From Nannocystis bainbridge (lineage in GTDB: Bacteria; Myxococcota_A; Polyangia; Nannocystales; Nannocystaceae): a stretch of DNA of 64,000 nucleotides. The stretch spans positions 1,792,001 to 1,856,000 of the forward strand of contig NZ_JAQNDL010000001.1 of NCBI RefSeq assembly GCF_028368995.1. Direction: 5' to 3'. A program made the position numbers and the translations under genes. The notes below the pieces were generated by a model. It worked only from the letters and a program-made list of their open reading frames with translations. It made no database searches and was not told the origin of the DNA. Positions 41,117 to 49,246 of the stretch are shown here, one piece after another. The stretch's first letter is position 1. Each line of letters starts with the position of its first letter.

Positions 41117-43174
41117 ATGGCGAGCCTCACATACACTCTCCAGGTCCTCGGCGTCGTCCTGGGCACCGCGGCGGTGACGAGCCTGGTCTCGCAACGATTC
41201 GGGCAACCGCCCATCTTCGGCTATCTGCTCGCAGGTGTCTTGCTGGGGCCGCACATGCCGTGGCAGATGATCGCCGGCCCCGGCGGCGAGGCCCTCACGC
41301 ACGCCATGTCCGAATTCGGCGTCATCCTCCTGATGTTCGGCATCGGCATCGAATTCAACCTGCGAAAGATCGCCCGCATCGGCCCGTCGACCGGGATGAC
41401 GGCGCTGTTCGTCGTCGGGCTGATGGTCTCGGGCGGCTACCTGGTCGGTCGAGCGTTCGCCTGGACCAGGGTCGAGAGCCTGTTCATCGGCGGGTGCGTC
41501 GCCATATCCTCGACGATGTTCGTCGCCAAGGCGTTCGAGGATCAGCACCTCGGCGGGGAGTTCACGACGGTCACGGTCGCCATCCTCGTGTTCGAGGATC
41601 TCATCGCGATCCTGTTGCTCTCGGTGCTGACGGCGCTCGCCGCGGGCGCCGGCCTGTCCGCGACTCAGTTCGCGCTGACCCTCGGCAAGCTGCTCGGGTT
41701 CCTCGTCTTGCTGCTCACGGCGGGCCTGCTCGTCGTGCCGCGCTTCGTCCGCCGCATCATCGGACAATATCGGGCCGAGTCCACGCTGATTGCCGGGATC
41801 GCCATCTGCTTCATCACGACCGCGCTGACGTCGGCCGCTGGCTATTCGGTCGCGCTCGGCGGGTTCATGGCCGGACTCCTCGTCGCCGAATCGGGGGAGG
41901 GCGCCCGCGTCGAGCACGTGGTTCGGCCGCTGCGGGACATCTTCGGCGCGCTGTTCTTCATCGCGGTCGGGATGTCGATCGACCCGTCGCGGCTCGTCGC
42001 GCACTGGCTCCCCGTGCTCGCGCTCACCGCCCTCGTGCTCGTCGGGAAGGTCGCCAGCGTCTCGCTCGGCGCGGTCCTGTTCGGTCATGGGCTGCAAACT
42101 TCCGTGCGCGCAGCGATGAGCCTCGCGCAGATCGGCGAATTTTCGTTCATCATCGCCGGGCTGGGCATCGCCTCCGGGGTCACCCGCGAGTTCATCTTTC
42201 CGGTCGTCGTCGGCGTCTCCCTGCTCACGTCCGTGATCACGCCGTGGATGGTGCGGCGCTCCCAGGACGCCGCCGCCGCGCTCGAGGCGCGCCTGCCCGT
42301 CAGGCTGCGCCTCCTGCTGGCGATCTACGTGGCGTGGACCCAGCGCCTGTGGTCCGCCCCGCCGGTGTTCACGGCGAGGGGCCGCCTCGCACGGGACGCG
42401 CTGTTTCTGGTGGTCGACGCGGTGTTGCTCGTCGCCGTGCTCGCGGGATCGAGCCGGGGCCGAGACGCGCTCGAGGCCCTCGTGTCCCGCCGCCTCGCGC
42501 TTCCGGCGACGCTCGTGAGCGTCGTGTGGATCGCGGCGACGCTGCTGTTCGCCGGCCTGTTCTTCGTCGGTGTTCTCCGACGCAGCGCGGCGCTCGCCCG
42601 CACCCTCACGGATGACACCGTGCGCCATCACGAGCCCGACGCGCCGGAGGACCGGCGAGCGCCGTGGTCCGCGCTGACCGTCATGATCGAGCTGGCCGTG
42701 CTCTTCATCGTCGGCGTACCGCTGGTGATCGTCTCCCAGCCGTTCGTCCCCTTCCGTTCGGGCGTGCTCGTCCTGGTGCTGGTCGTCGCCGTCCTCGCTC
42801 ACAAGGTGTGGCAGGGCATCACCACGCTCGAGGAACATACCCATGCCGGCGCCGAGCTCATCGTCCAGGTGCTGGCGCGTCAGGGACGCGAGCCCGTCGA
42901 GGTCGCCGAGCCACCGCAACCAGCGCCCGATCTGCCTGGCTTGGGACGGATCCGCCTCGAGGCGGGCAGCATCGTCGCCCGGAACGGACTCGACCCATTC
43001 GACATTGCGTCGCGCAGCGGCGCGCGAGTCGTCGCCATCGAGCGCGAGGGGGTCGGTGCGCTCCTACCGGCGCCGCGACAACCGCTCGAACCGGCCGACG
43101 TTCTCGTCCTCCTCGGCCCCGAAGCAGCGCTCGCGGCAGCGCGAATCATCCTCCACGCCGACCCGAAGCCTTGA
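41117..43174 (+). CDS. CPA2 cation:proton antiporter with C-terminal TrkA-C-like domain
   Basis: GYLLAGVLLGP, ISSTM, ILVFEDL, AQIGEFSFII; C-terminal SGARVVAIER..LEPADVLVLLG. Confidence 0.92.
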   Translation: MASLTYTLQVLGVVLGTAAVTSLVSQRFGQPPIFGYLLAGVLLGPHMPWQMIAGPGGEALTHAMSEFGVILLMFGIGIEFNLRKIARIGPSTGMTALFVVGLMVSGGYLVGRAFAWTRVESLFIGGCVAISSTMFVAKAFEDQHLGGEFTTVTVAILVFEDLIAILLLSVLTALAAGAGLSATQFALTLGKLLGFLVLLLTAGLLVVPRFVRRIIGQYRAESTLIAGIAICFITTALTSAAGYSVALGGFMAGLLVAESGEGARVEHVVRPLRDIFGALFFIAVGMSIDPSRLVAHWLPVLALTALVLVGKVASVSLGAVLFGHGLQTSVRAAMSLAQIGEFSFIIAGLGIASGVTREFIFPVVVGVSLLTSVITPWMVRRSQDAAAALEARLPVRLRLLLAIYVAWTQRLWSAPPVFTARGRLARDALFLVVDAVLLVAVLAGSSRGRDALEALVSRRLALPATLVSVVWIAATLLFAGLFFVGVLRRSAALARTLTDDTVRHHEPDAPEDRRAPWSALTVMIELAVLFIVGVPLVIVSQPFVPFRSGVLVLVLVVAVLAHKVWQGITTLEEHTHAGAELIVQVLARQGREPVEVAEPPQPAPDLPGLGRIRLEAGSIVARNGLDPFDIASRSGARVVAIEREGVGALLPAPRQPLEPADVLVLLGPEAALAAARIILHADPKP

Positions 43175-43274
43175 GGCTCGCCCTTCGGCGCACTGGCCCT
43201 GATGCGTGACATCCGGGGCCGCGATGATCGCCCGTCCCGGGCCGGCGTCGTGAAGGCGAGGTCGACGTGCCCGT

Positions 43275-44444
43275 TCAACGCGCCTGCAGCCGGACCCCGC
43301 GGAGGCGCGCCAGCTCGACCGCCGCCTCCGCGTGATCCCACACCGTCGATACCCACGTGTCGCCCTCCACCCGCGACACGAGCGCAGCGACCAGCGCCTC
43401 TGGCGTGTGCGTGGCTTCGAGCGCCAGCGCCAGCGTGCGAGCGCTCGCGGCGTGGCCGATCGTCCCGAGGTCGTCGTCCGCCGCGTACTCGACGTGCACG
43501 ACCACCCCCTGACCCAGCGGCGAGAAGTCGACCGGGGCCGCCAGCATGGCGCTGTGGATCGCCAGCACCCGCAGCGCCGGCAACCGTGACTCGCGCAGGA
43601 ACGCATCGAGCAGCCCCTCGCCCAGGCCCTCGAGCAGCACCTCTTCGAGGCTCTCGCTGACGATCGCCGGCAGCGTCGGCGACAGGCTGTGGACCCCCAG
43701 CTCGACCAGCCGCGGCAGCCCCCGCACCGCCTCCGCGAGCCCGTCCAGCTCGTCGAGCACGACGATCAGCGACTGCAACCACGGCAGCGGATGCCTGGCG
43801 ATCGTCGCCAACCACAGCGCATCGTCGACATCGTGGAGCTGGCGCAGCACCGGCCAGATCGCCGTCTGCGGCAGCGCCTCCGCCTGGTCCGCCGTCAGCG
43901 TCCCCCGCACCAGCAGCGCCCGCTGCCCGATCCACTCCGGCTCCTCGTCCCCCTCGTCGTCGACCACGCTCCCGTACAGCAGCTCCGTCTGCCGATCCCA
44001 GTACGGCGGCTCCACGCTCCCGACCGCCGCCCACGGCGCGTCGTCGACCGTCGCCACGCTCCACACGAGCGGGCGCCCGTCGGGCCAGTGTGTCGGGCGC
44101 TCGCCGCGTTCGAGCCGTCCCACCAGCCAGCACGCCTCCTCCGCGGTCAGCAGGTGCCGCGCCGTCGCCTCGAACGGCTCGCTCCCGCCGTCGAGCAGCT
44201 CGAGGATCTCCGGCGTGTCGCTGGCCCCGAGCGGGCTCTCGCCGTCCATGCGGATCAAGAACCCCGAGCCCACCGCCTCCTGATCCTCGTCGAACCCCGT
44301 CCAGTGGATCGCCGCATACGTCCGTCCGACCTGCACCGCGATCTCGAGGTTGTCCCAATGCTCCCGCGGGTCGGCGAACAGCCGCGCGAGCGCCTCCTCC
44401 GTCCTGCTGCCCGAGTCGCCCCCGTCATCGATCGTCACTGTCAT
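43275..44444 (-). CDS. Hypothetical protein: Imm1-like N-terminal domain plus LRR-like repeats
   Basis: GGAG RBS; N-terminal domain ends LLTAEEA..LERGERPTHW..LVW; LxxLxL units WLQSLIV, PRLVELGV, PALRVLAI. Confidence 0.65.
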   Translation of the reverse strand: MTVTIDDGGDSGSRTEEALARLFADPREHWDNLEIAVQVGRTYAAIHWTGFDEDQEAVGSGFLIRMDGESPLGASDTPEILELLDGGSEPFEATARHLLTAEEACWLVGRLERGERPTHWPDGRPLVWSVATVDDAPWAAVGSVEPPYWDRQTELLYGSVVDDEGDEEPEWIGQRALLVRGTLTADQAEALPQTAIWPVLRQLHDVDDALWLATIARHPLPWLQSLIVVLDELDGLAEAVRGLPRLVELGVHSLSPTLPAIVSESLEEVLLEGLGEGLLDAFLRESRLPALRVLAIHSAMLAAPVDFSPLGQGVVVHVEYAADDDLGTIGHAASARTLALALEATHTPEALVAALVSRVEGDTWVSTVWDHAEAAVELARLRGVRLQAR

Positions 44445-44556
44445 GATCTTCTCCACCGGAGGACGACCACGCAATGCGCCTCCATGCTCGCCAGCCGTCC
44501 TTCGACATCCGCCATCCCTCGCACTGTAGCGCGTCCCGGCGCCCTTTGTTGACGGG

Positions 44557-45447
44557 TCACGCCGGTGCCCCGACGAACTTGAAGACCGTGCTGCCGATCT
44601 TCAGGAGGTCGCCGGTGGCCAGGCGCGCCTCCTCGACCTGCTCGTCGTGGACGTAGGTGCCGTTGGTGCTGTGGTTGTCGACGACCCACCAGCCGTCGTC
44701 GCGCGGCTCGAGGCGGGCGTGGCAGCGCGAGACGGAGTCGCTGCCCAGCACGATCGTGTTGTCGAGGCCGCGCCCGACGGTGACGCCCGCCGGGTTCAGC
44801 ATGAAGGAGCGACCGACGAGCTCGGTGTCCAGCGAATAGAGGACCACGAGGGCTTCGACGTGTTTGGGGGCGCCGGGTCCGTACGAGAACAGGCGATCGG
44901 CCCAGTCGCGCACGGGGTCCGGGCGGCCGAGCTGTACGGTCCGGACGCCGCCGTCCGTGAGCGGCTTGGGGATGGCGATGCACTGCCCCGCGAACGCGCG
45001 GACCTCGGCGTCGGCGACGGTCTCGCAGTAATAGACGCGCTCGTTGCATTGCTGGCACATCCGGACCGACTCGCTGTCGGAGGGCGCGAGCGTCTCCCAC
45101 CGCTTGGGGCAGGCGAAGGCGAAGCGGACCCGCGGCGCGGCCTGTCTGGCGCCCTCGCTGCCGCAGTTCATGATCGCTTCGCGCAGCAGCGCGTCGGCGT
45201 AGTCGCGGCCGATCTCGCGCGCCAGCGCGACGAACCGGGTGAGCACGGCGGGGTCGTCGGTCGCCTTTGAATGGAGGGCGACCTCGAGGCGCAGCCACTC
45301 GGCGCGCTCGGGGTCCCTGCCCTCGACGAGCGCCGCGTAGGCGAGACGATCGGCGTCGCCGAGCGTTTGGTCGAACGCTTTGTGAATGAACGGCCGCTCG
45401 TCGTCGAGGCGCAGGTATTCGGCGATGCGACGCGGCTCCTCGGCCAT
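44557..45447 (-). CDS. TIGR02996-like domain + Cys-rich module + FHA domain protein
   Basis: DADRLAYAALVEGRDPERAEWLRLE; CPKRWETL..CQQC..VYYC..GQCIA; canonical FHA VGR..VSRCHA..STNGT. Confidence 0.85.
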   Translation of the reverse strand: MAEEPRRIAEYLRLDDERPFIHKAFDQTLGDADRLAYAALVEGRDPERAEWLRLEVALHSKATDDPAVLTRFVALAREIGRDYADALLREAIMNCGSEGARQAAPRVRFAFACPKRWETLAPSDSESVRMCQQCNERVYYCETVADAEVRAFAGQCIAIPKPLTDGGVRTVQLGRPDPVRDWADRLFSYGPGAPKHVEALVVLYSLDTELVGRSFMLNPAGVTVGRGLDNTIVLGSDSVSRCHARLEPRDDGWWVVDNHSTNGTYVHDEQVEEARLATGDLLKIGSTVFKFVGAPA

Positions 45448-45731
45448 GATGTGTGAATAGCACGGACGGCCACGGACGGCCTTCACCGCGAAGCCGAGAT
45501 CGACCCTTCACCGGGCCACGCTGTGGCCGGCGCCGCCCGGCCATCGAGACAAGCGGAGGGGTGAAGATGGGCAAGTTCGAGCCACGGGCAACAACACGCA
45601 CGCCGGCGGACCTCCGGTGGCCAGGCCGACGCCGGCGACGATCTCGACGACACGCTCCAGGGTCGTCGCACGCTCCCCTGTCGGCAAAAAGGCTTGAATC
45701 TCCACGCGCGTACGGTACAGAAGGCGCCCGC

Positions 45732-46646
45732 ATGAACGAGGAAGCTGCACCCGCGCGCCGACTCACCCGGGCCGCCCAGCGCAAGCTCAACGAGCTCATC
45801 GCGCAGGGCGTGCCGCTCGCTAGCGCGATGATGCAGGTGCGCGCCGAGCCCGGCGCGTTCGAGCCAATCGCGCCGGCCGAAACACCCGCACCCATCCCGC
45901 GGCCCGCGTGGTCCGGCGATCGCACCGACTGGGAGCGCGCGGTCGAGAAGCTCCAGATCTTGCGTGAGCTCGATCGCGGGTACACGACATTCGGCGCCCG
46001 GACCCACCGGTACCTCCTGCGCCCGACGGCCACCACGCGCCAGCTCGCGGCGATCGAAAAGAAGCTCGGCGCGAAGCTTCCGCCCGGCCTGCACGCGTTC
46101 TATCTCGATGTCGGCGACGGCGGCGCGGGACCCGACTTTGGCCTGTTCGCCGCGGCGGAGCTCAAGGGCCGCCGTCCAGCCACCGCGTACCCGGGGATCG
46201 AGGCGTTGCGCGCGCTCGGCGTGCGCACCGAGGCGCAGCCGCCCGAGCCGACGAGCGCCAACCTGTCGCCGTCGCGGCTGACCGGCATCGTCACGCTCCT
46301 GTTCTCGGGATGCTCGCTCTACTCCGGCGTGGTGTGTACCGGTGACGTCGGGCGCATCGTGCACTGGGACGACGACCGTATCGTCGAGACCGACGACACC
46401 CTCGTCGCCTGGTACGAGCGCTGGCTCGACGACGAGATCGCGCAGTTCAGGCTGGTCGAGCGGCTGCGCGACGAGGGCGCCACGAGCGACGCGCTGGTCA
46501 GCGCGATGAAGCGGCTGTTGCCCCCCGGCATGTCGCCCGCCGCCAAGTCGTCGCGCGCGCGCGAGCTGGTGGATGCGAAGCTCCGCGGGCTCTCGCCGGA
46601 GGAGGCGGACGAGGCGACTGCCGGCGACGGCGAGGTTCAGAGGTAG
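45732..46646 (+). CDS. SMI1/KNR4 (SUKH) family protein
   Basis: FGARTHRYLLRP..LAAIEKKLGAKLPPGLHAFYLDVGDGGAGPDFGL..LVAWYERWLD. Confidence 0.85.
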   Translation: MNEEAAPARRLTRAAQRKLNELIAQGVPLASAMMQVRAEPGAFEPIAPAETPAPIPRPAWSGDRTDWERAVEKLQILRELDRGYTTFGARTHRYLLRPTATTRQLAAIEKKLGAKLPPGLHAFYLDVGDGGAGPDFGLFAAAELKGRRPATAYPGIEALRALGVRTEAQPPEPTSANLSPSRLTGIVTLLFSGCSLYSGVVCTGDVGRIVHWDDDRIVETDDTLVAWYERWLDDEIAQFRLVERLRDEGATSDALVSAMKRLLPPGMSPAAKSSRARELVDAKLRGLSPEEADEATAGDGEVQR

Positions 46647-47254
46647 TGGATGTCGAAGTAGCCGTGGCGGACCGCGGCTGCCCGAGCGCCGCCGAGCGCT
46701 GGCTCGACCGCGGAACGCGACCACGCGCGCTGCGTCGAGCGCCCCGGGTGCATCGCCGGCGGGGCGCCTTCGCCCGCTTCTATCCCGGAGGACAGCTCAT
46801 CCTCGCCTTCGAGTCCGGCCAGCCGTGGTCCGACGCCGGGTCGTACGGCGACCGTTACGGCGGGATCCAGATCATGGCGCCGACCGCAGATCCGCTGCGC
46901 TGGGTCATGGTCGGCCTCGAGTTCGATTACCGCAGCCACGACAAGACCTTCGTCCCTCACGACGTCGTCTGGCACCCGCGCGGCGCCCTCGCGTGGTTGC
47001 ACGAGGGATGTCTCTACGGCCAGGTGCTCGCCCACCCGCGCGGCGAGCTGGACTTCTACAGCTGGCCGCGGCGTGACCAGGAGCTCCCGCTCGAGCTCGT
47101 CCTCGACCGCTGGGGCGACTGGCGCAGCCTCGAGCTCGACGAGGCGGGCCGGATCCTCACCGCCCGCGACGCCGCCGGCTGCGACCGCTACGACCTCGTC
47201 GACGGCCTGCACGCCCGCGACGACGGCGCCTGGGAGCCCCTCGAAGTCGCCTGA
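46646..47254 (+). CDS. Hypothetical protein translationally coupled to the SMI1/KNR4 gene
   Basis: GTG overlaps the TAG of the upstream gene by 1 nt; aromatic/acidic, beta-rich, coding-like. Confidence 0.65.
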   Translation: MDVEVAVADRGCPSAAERWLDRGTRPRALRRAPRVHRRRGAFARFYPGGQLILAFESGQPWSDAGSYGDRYGGIQIMAPTADPLRWVMVGLEFDYRSHDKTFVPHDVVWHPRGALAWLHEGCLYGQVLAHPRGELDFYSWPRRDQELPLELVLDRWGDWRSLELDEAGRILTARDAAGCDRYDLVDGLHARDDGAWEPLEVA

Positions 47255-48234
47255 CCGGCATTGTAGCGAGCTGTCTCGAAGGACATCTCGTTCTCGCGCA
47301 GAGCACGCCCGCCACTGCCCTCGCCGCTCCTGTTCCCGCCTGGCGCGACCCGCGGCCCGCGCTCGGCGACCGCCGCCACGAGCCCGACCGCGCAGGCGCA
47401 ACCTCCGGCCCCGTGGCCCGTCGGCGATCGCCAGGAGGTCGCATGTGAGCAGGCCTCGGGCGCGGTGCTCACAATGCGCGTGCAGCGAACGGGATGCGGC
47501 CGTCGCCGAGAAGATTCGACGAGGGGGTAAACGAAAACTCGAGGGTCCGGAGAATAAAGGACAGATTCATGGCTCCCCTGCCCCTCCCGCCCCGGCACCT
47601 CCCCGAGCCTCTGCGCCCGCGCGGAGGTCGTCGTCGCGGGTATCGCGGGCATGGGCGGGTGCTCGCCGACAAACTACGAACGGCCGTTCGTGGACGGCTG
47701 TCTCACCTGCGGCGCGCAGACGGTCACGAGCGTCGTCCCACCGGGTGCGAGCCCGGCCGACAGTCCAACCGGCGCACGTCGTGCAGCCCGCGCGCGGATG
47801 ACTCTGGCGTCAAAGTGGATCTGCGTCGACGGGGTGACATGCGGCACGACAGGCGCACGAGCTCCCGGCCTCCACCCTTTTCAGCTTGGCTTGATCCTTG
47901 GCTTGTTTGCGGACAGGAGGGAGGGCGCAGCGCCGAGGACCGGACCCTCGAATCAGGTCTTCGGCGGCTCGCTCACGCCACGCGAGAATAATAGCACTTC
48001 GGGCCCTCGATTCTCTCCTTCAACTGCCAGTCCCCGCGCCGGCGAACCGCCGCCTGCTCGGTATGTTTCGTCGCGACCGCAATTCGAGCGGTATCGGCGA
48101 GCTGCGGGACCCGAGGGCGGAACGAGGGGTTTCGTCGCCGCGCTGGCGAATGCAGGCAGGACAATCACGTTCGCCCGGCGCATGTCCGTTGCGGTTCTGA
48201 TGGCGGCGAGTTCGGCCCGTGCTACATGCGATGC

Positions 48235-49026
48235 ATGCGTTTTATTTATTCCTGCTTCGCGCTTGCGGTCCTCCTTGCTTGTGAGAACGCAACCACCCAT
48301 CCGCACCTCGACACCTCCACCGATACGGAGAGCGAGGCGCCGGCGAGCACCACCGACTCCGCCGAGCCAGTGACCCCCACGAGCACCTCCGCGACCGAGG
48401 GCGTCGAGCCGCACAGCACCGAGGATTCGACGACCGGTGATACCAGCACCACGGTGTTCCCGGGGACGGGGACCGTCGATCCCGACGAGCCTGCGGAATC
48501 GAGCACGACGCTGTTCGAGAGCGACACCGACGATACCGCCAGCGCGAGCGACACCGACGAACCTCCCGAGGAGACTTCCACGGGCAGCGATCCGCAGTCG
48601 TGCGTGGGCGCGGCGAGCCCGGTCAAGGCCGAGGTCCTCGCCTATCTCGAATCGCAGATCGAAGGCGACACGGGCGGCGAGCCGGGCCGCCTGTACCTGC
48701 GATTCTCCAGCCAGAGCTTCACCTGCGCCGATCCTCACGCCGAGCTCGCGTGCGGCCACAATTGGGACGTGTCGCTGCAGATCCCGGGCGAGTTCCAGGC
48801 CCCCGGCGTCTACGCGCTCGCCGACGGCCCGATCGGCGCGATCGCCCGCTCGAACGACGGCGGCGACGTTTGTCAGGAGGCCGAGGGCGCGGTGTCGGGC
48901 ACGCTCGAGATCGATGCGATCGACGACGCGTCCGTCACCGGCCGGCTCTGCAACCTGCGAGCGTACGGTATCGAGGGACAGATCGTGCTCGATGGCACGT
49001 TCGTGGCGCCGCGCTGCGCGCAGTGA
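48235..49026 (+). CDS. Lipoprotein with S/T-rich linker and Cys-containing beta domain
   Basis: LAVLLAC lipobox; LYLRFSSQSFTCADP..GTLEIDAIDDASVTGRLC..FVAPRC. Confidence 0.8.
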   Translation: MRFIYSCFALAVLLACENATTHPHLDTSTDTESEAPASTTDSAEPVTPTSTSATEGVEPHSTEDSTTGDTSTTVFPGTGTVDPDEPAESSTTLFESDTDDTASASDTDEPPEETSTGSDPQSCVGAASPVKAEVLAYLESQIEGDTGGEPGRLYLRFSSQSFTCADPHAELACGHNWDVSLQIPGEFQAPGVYALADGPIGAIARSNDGGDVCQEAEGAVSGTLEIDAIDDASVTGRLCNLRAYGIEGQIVLDGTFVAPRCAQ

Positions 49027-49246
49027 TTACGCGGGCCCACATCGGCCGAGCGCCGCCTCGATCGCGGCGCTCGACGATGCCGCGCTCGGCCGCGCTGTCG
49101 CCGTCGGGTGCAAAGCCAGCCGAATGCCACCGTGGAGCCCTCTCTCCATCATTCGCAAAAATCGTTGCCCCCGGCCCGGAAGTCATGTCACCCGGGCATG
49201 CAGTGAACGGGCGAACGCCCCGAGCTCGGGCTGATAGATTGATCGC

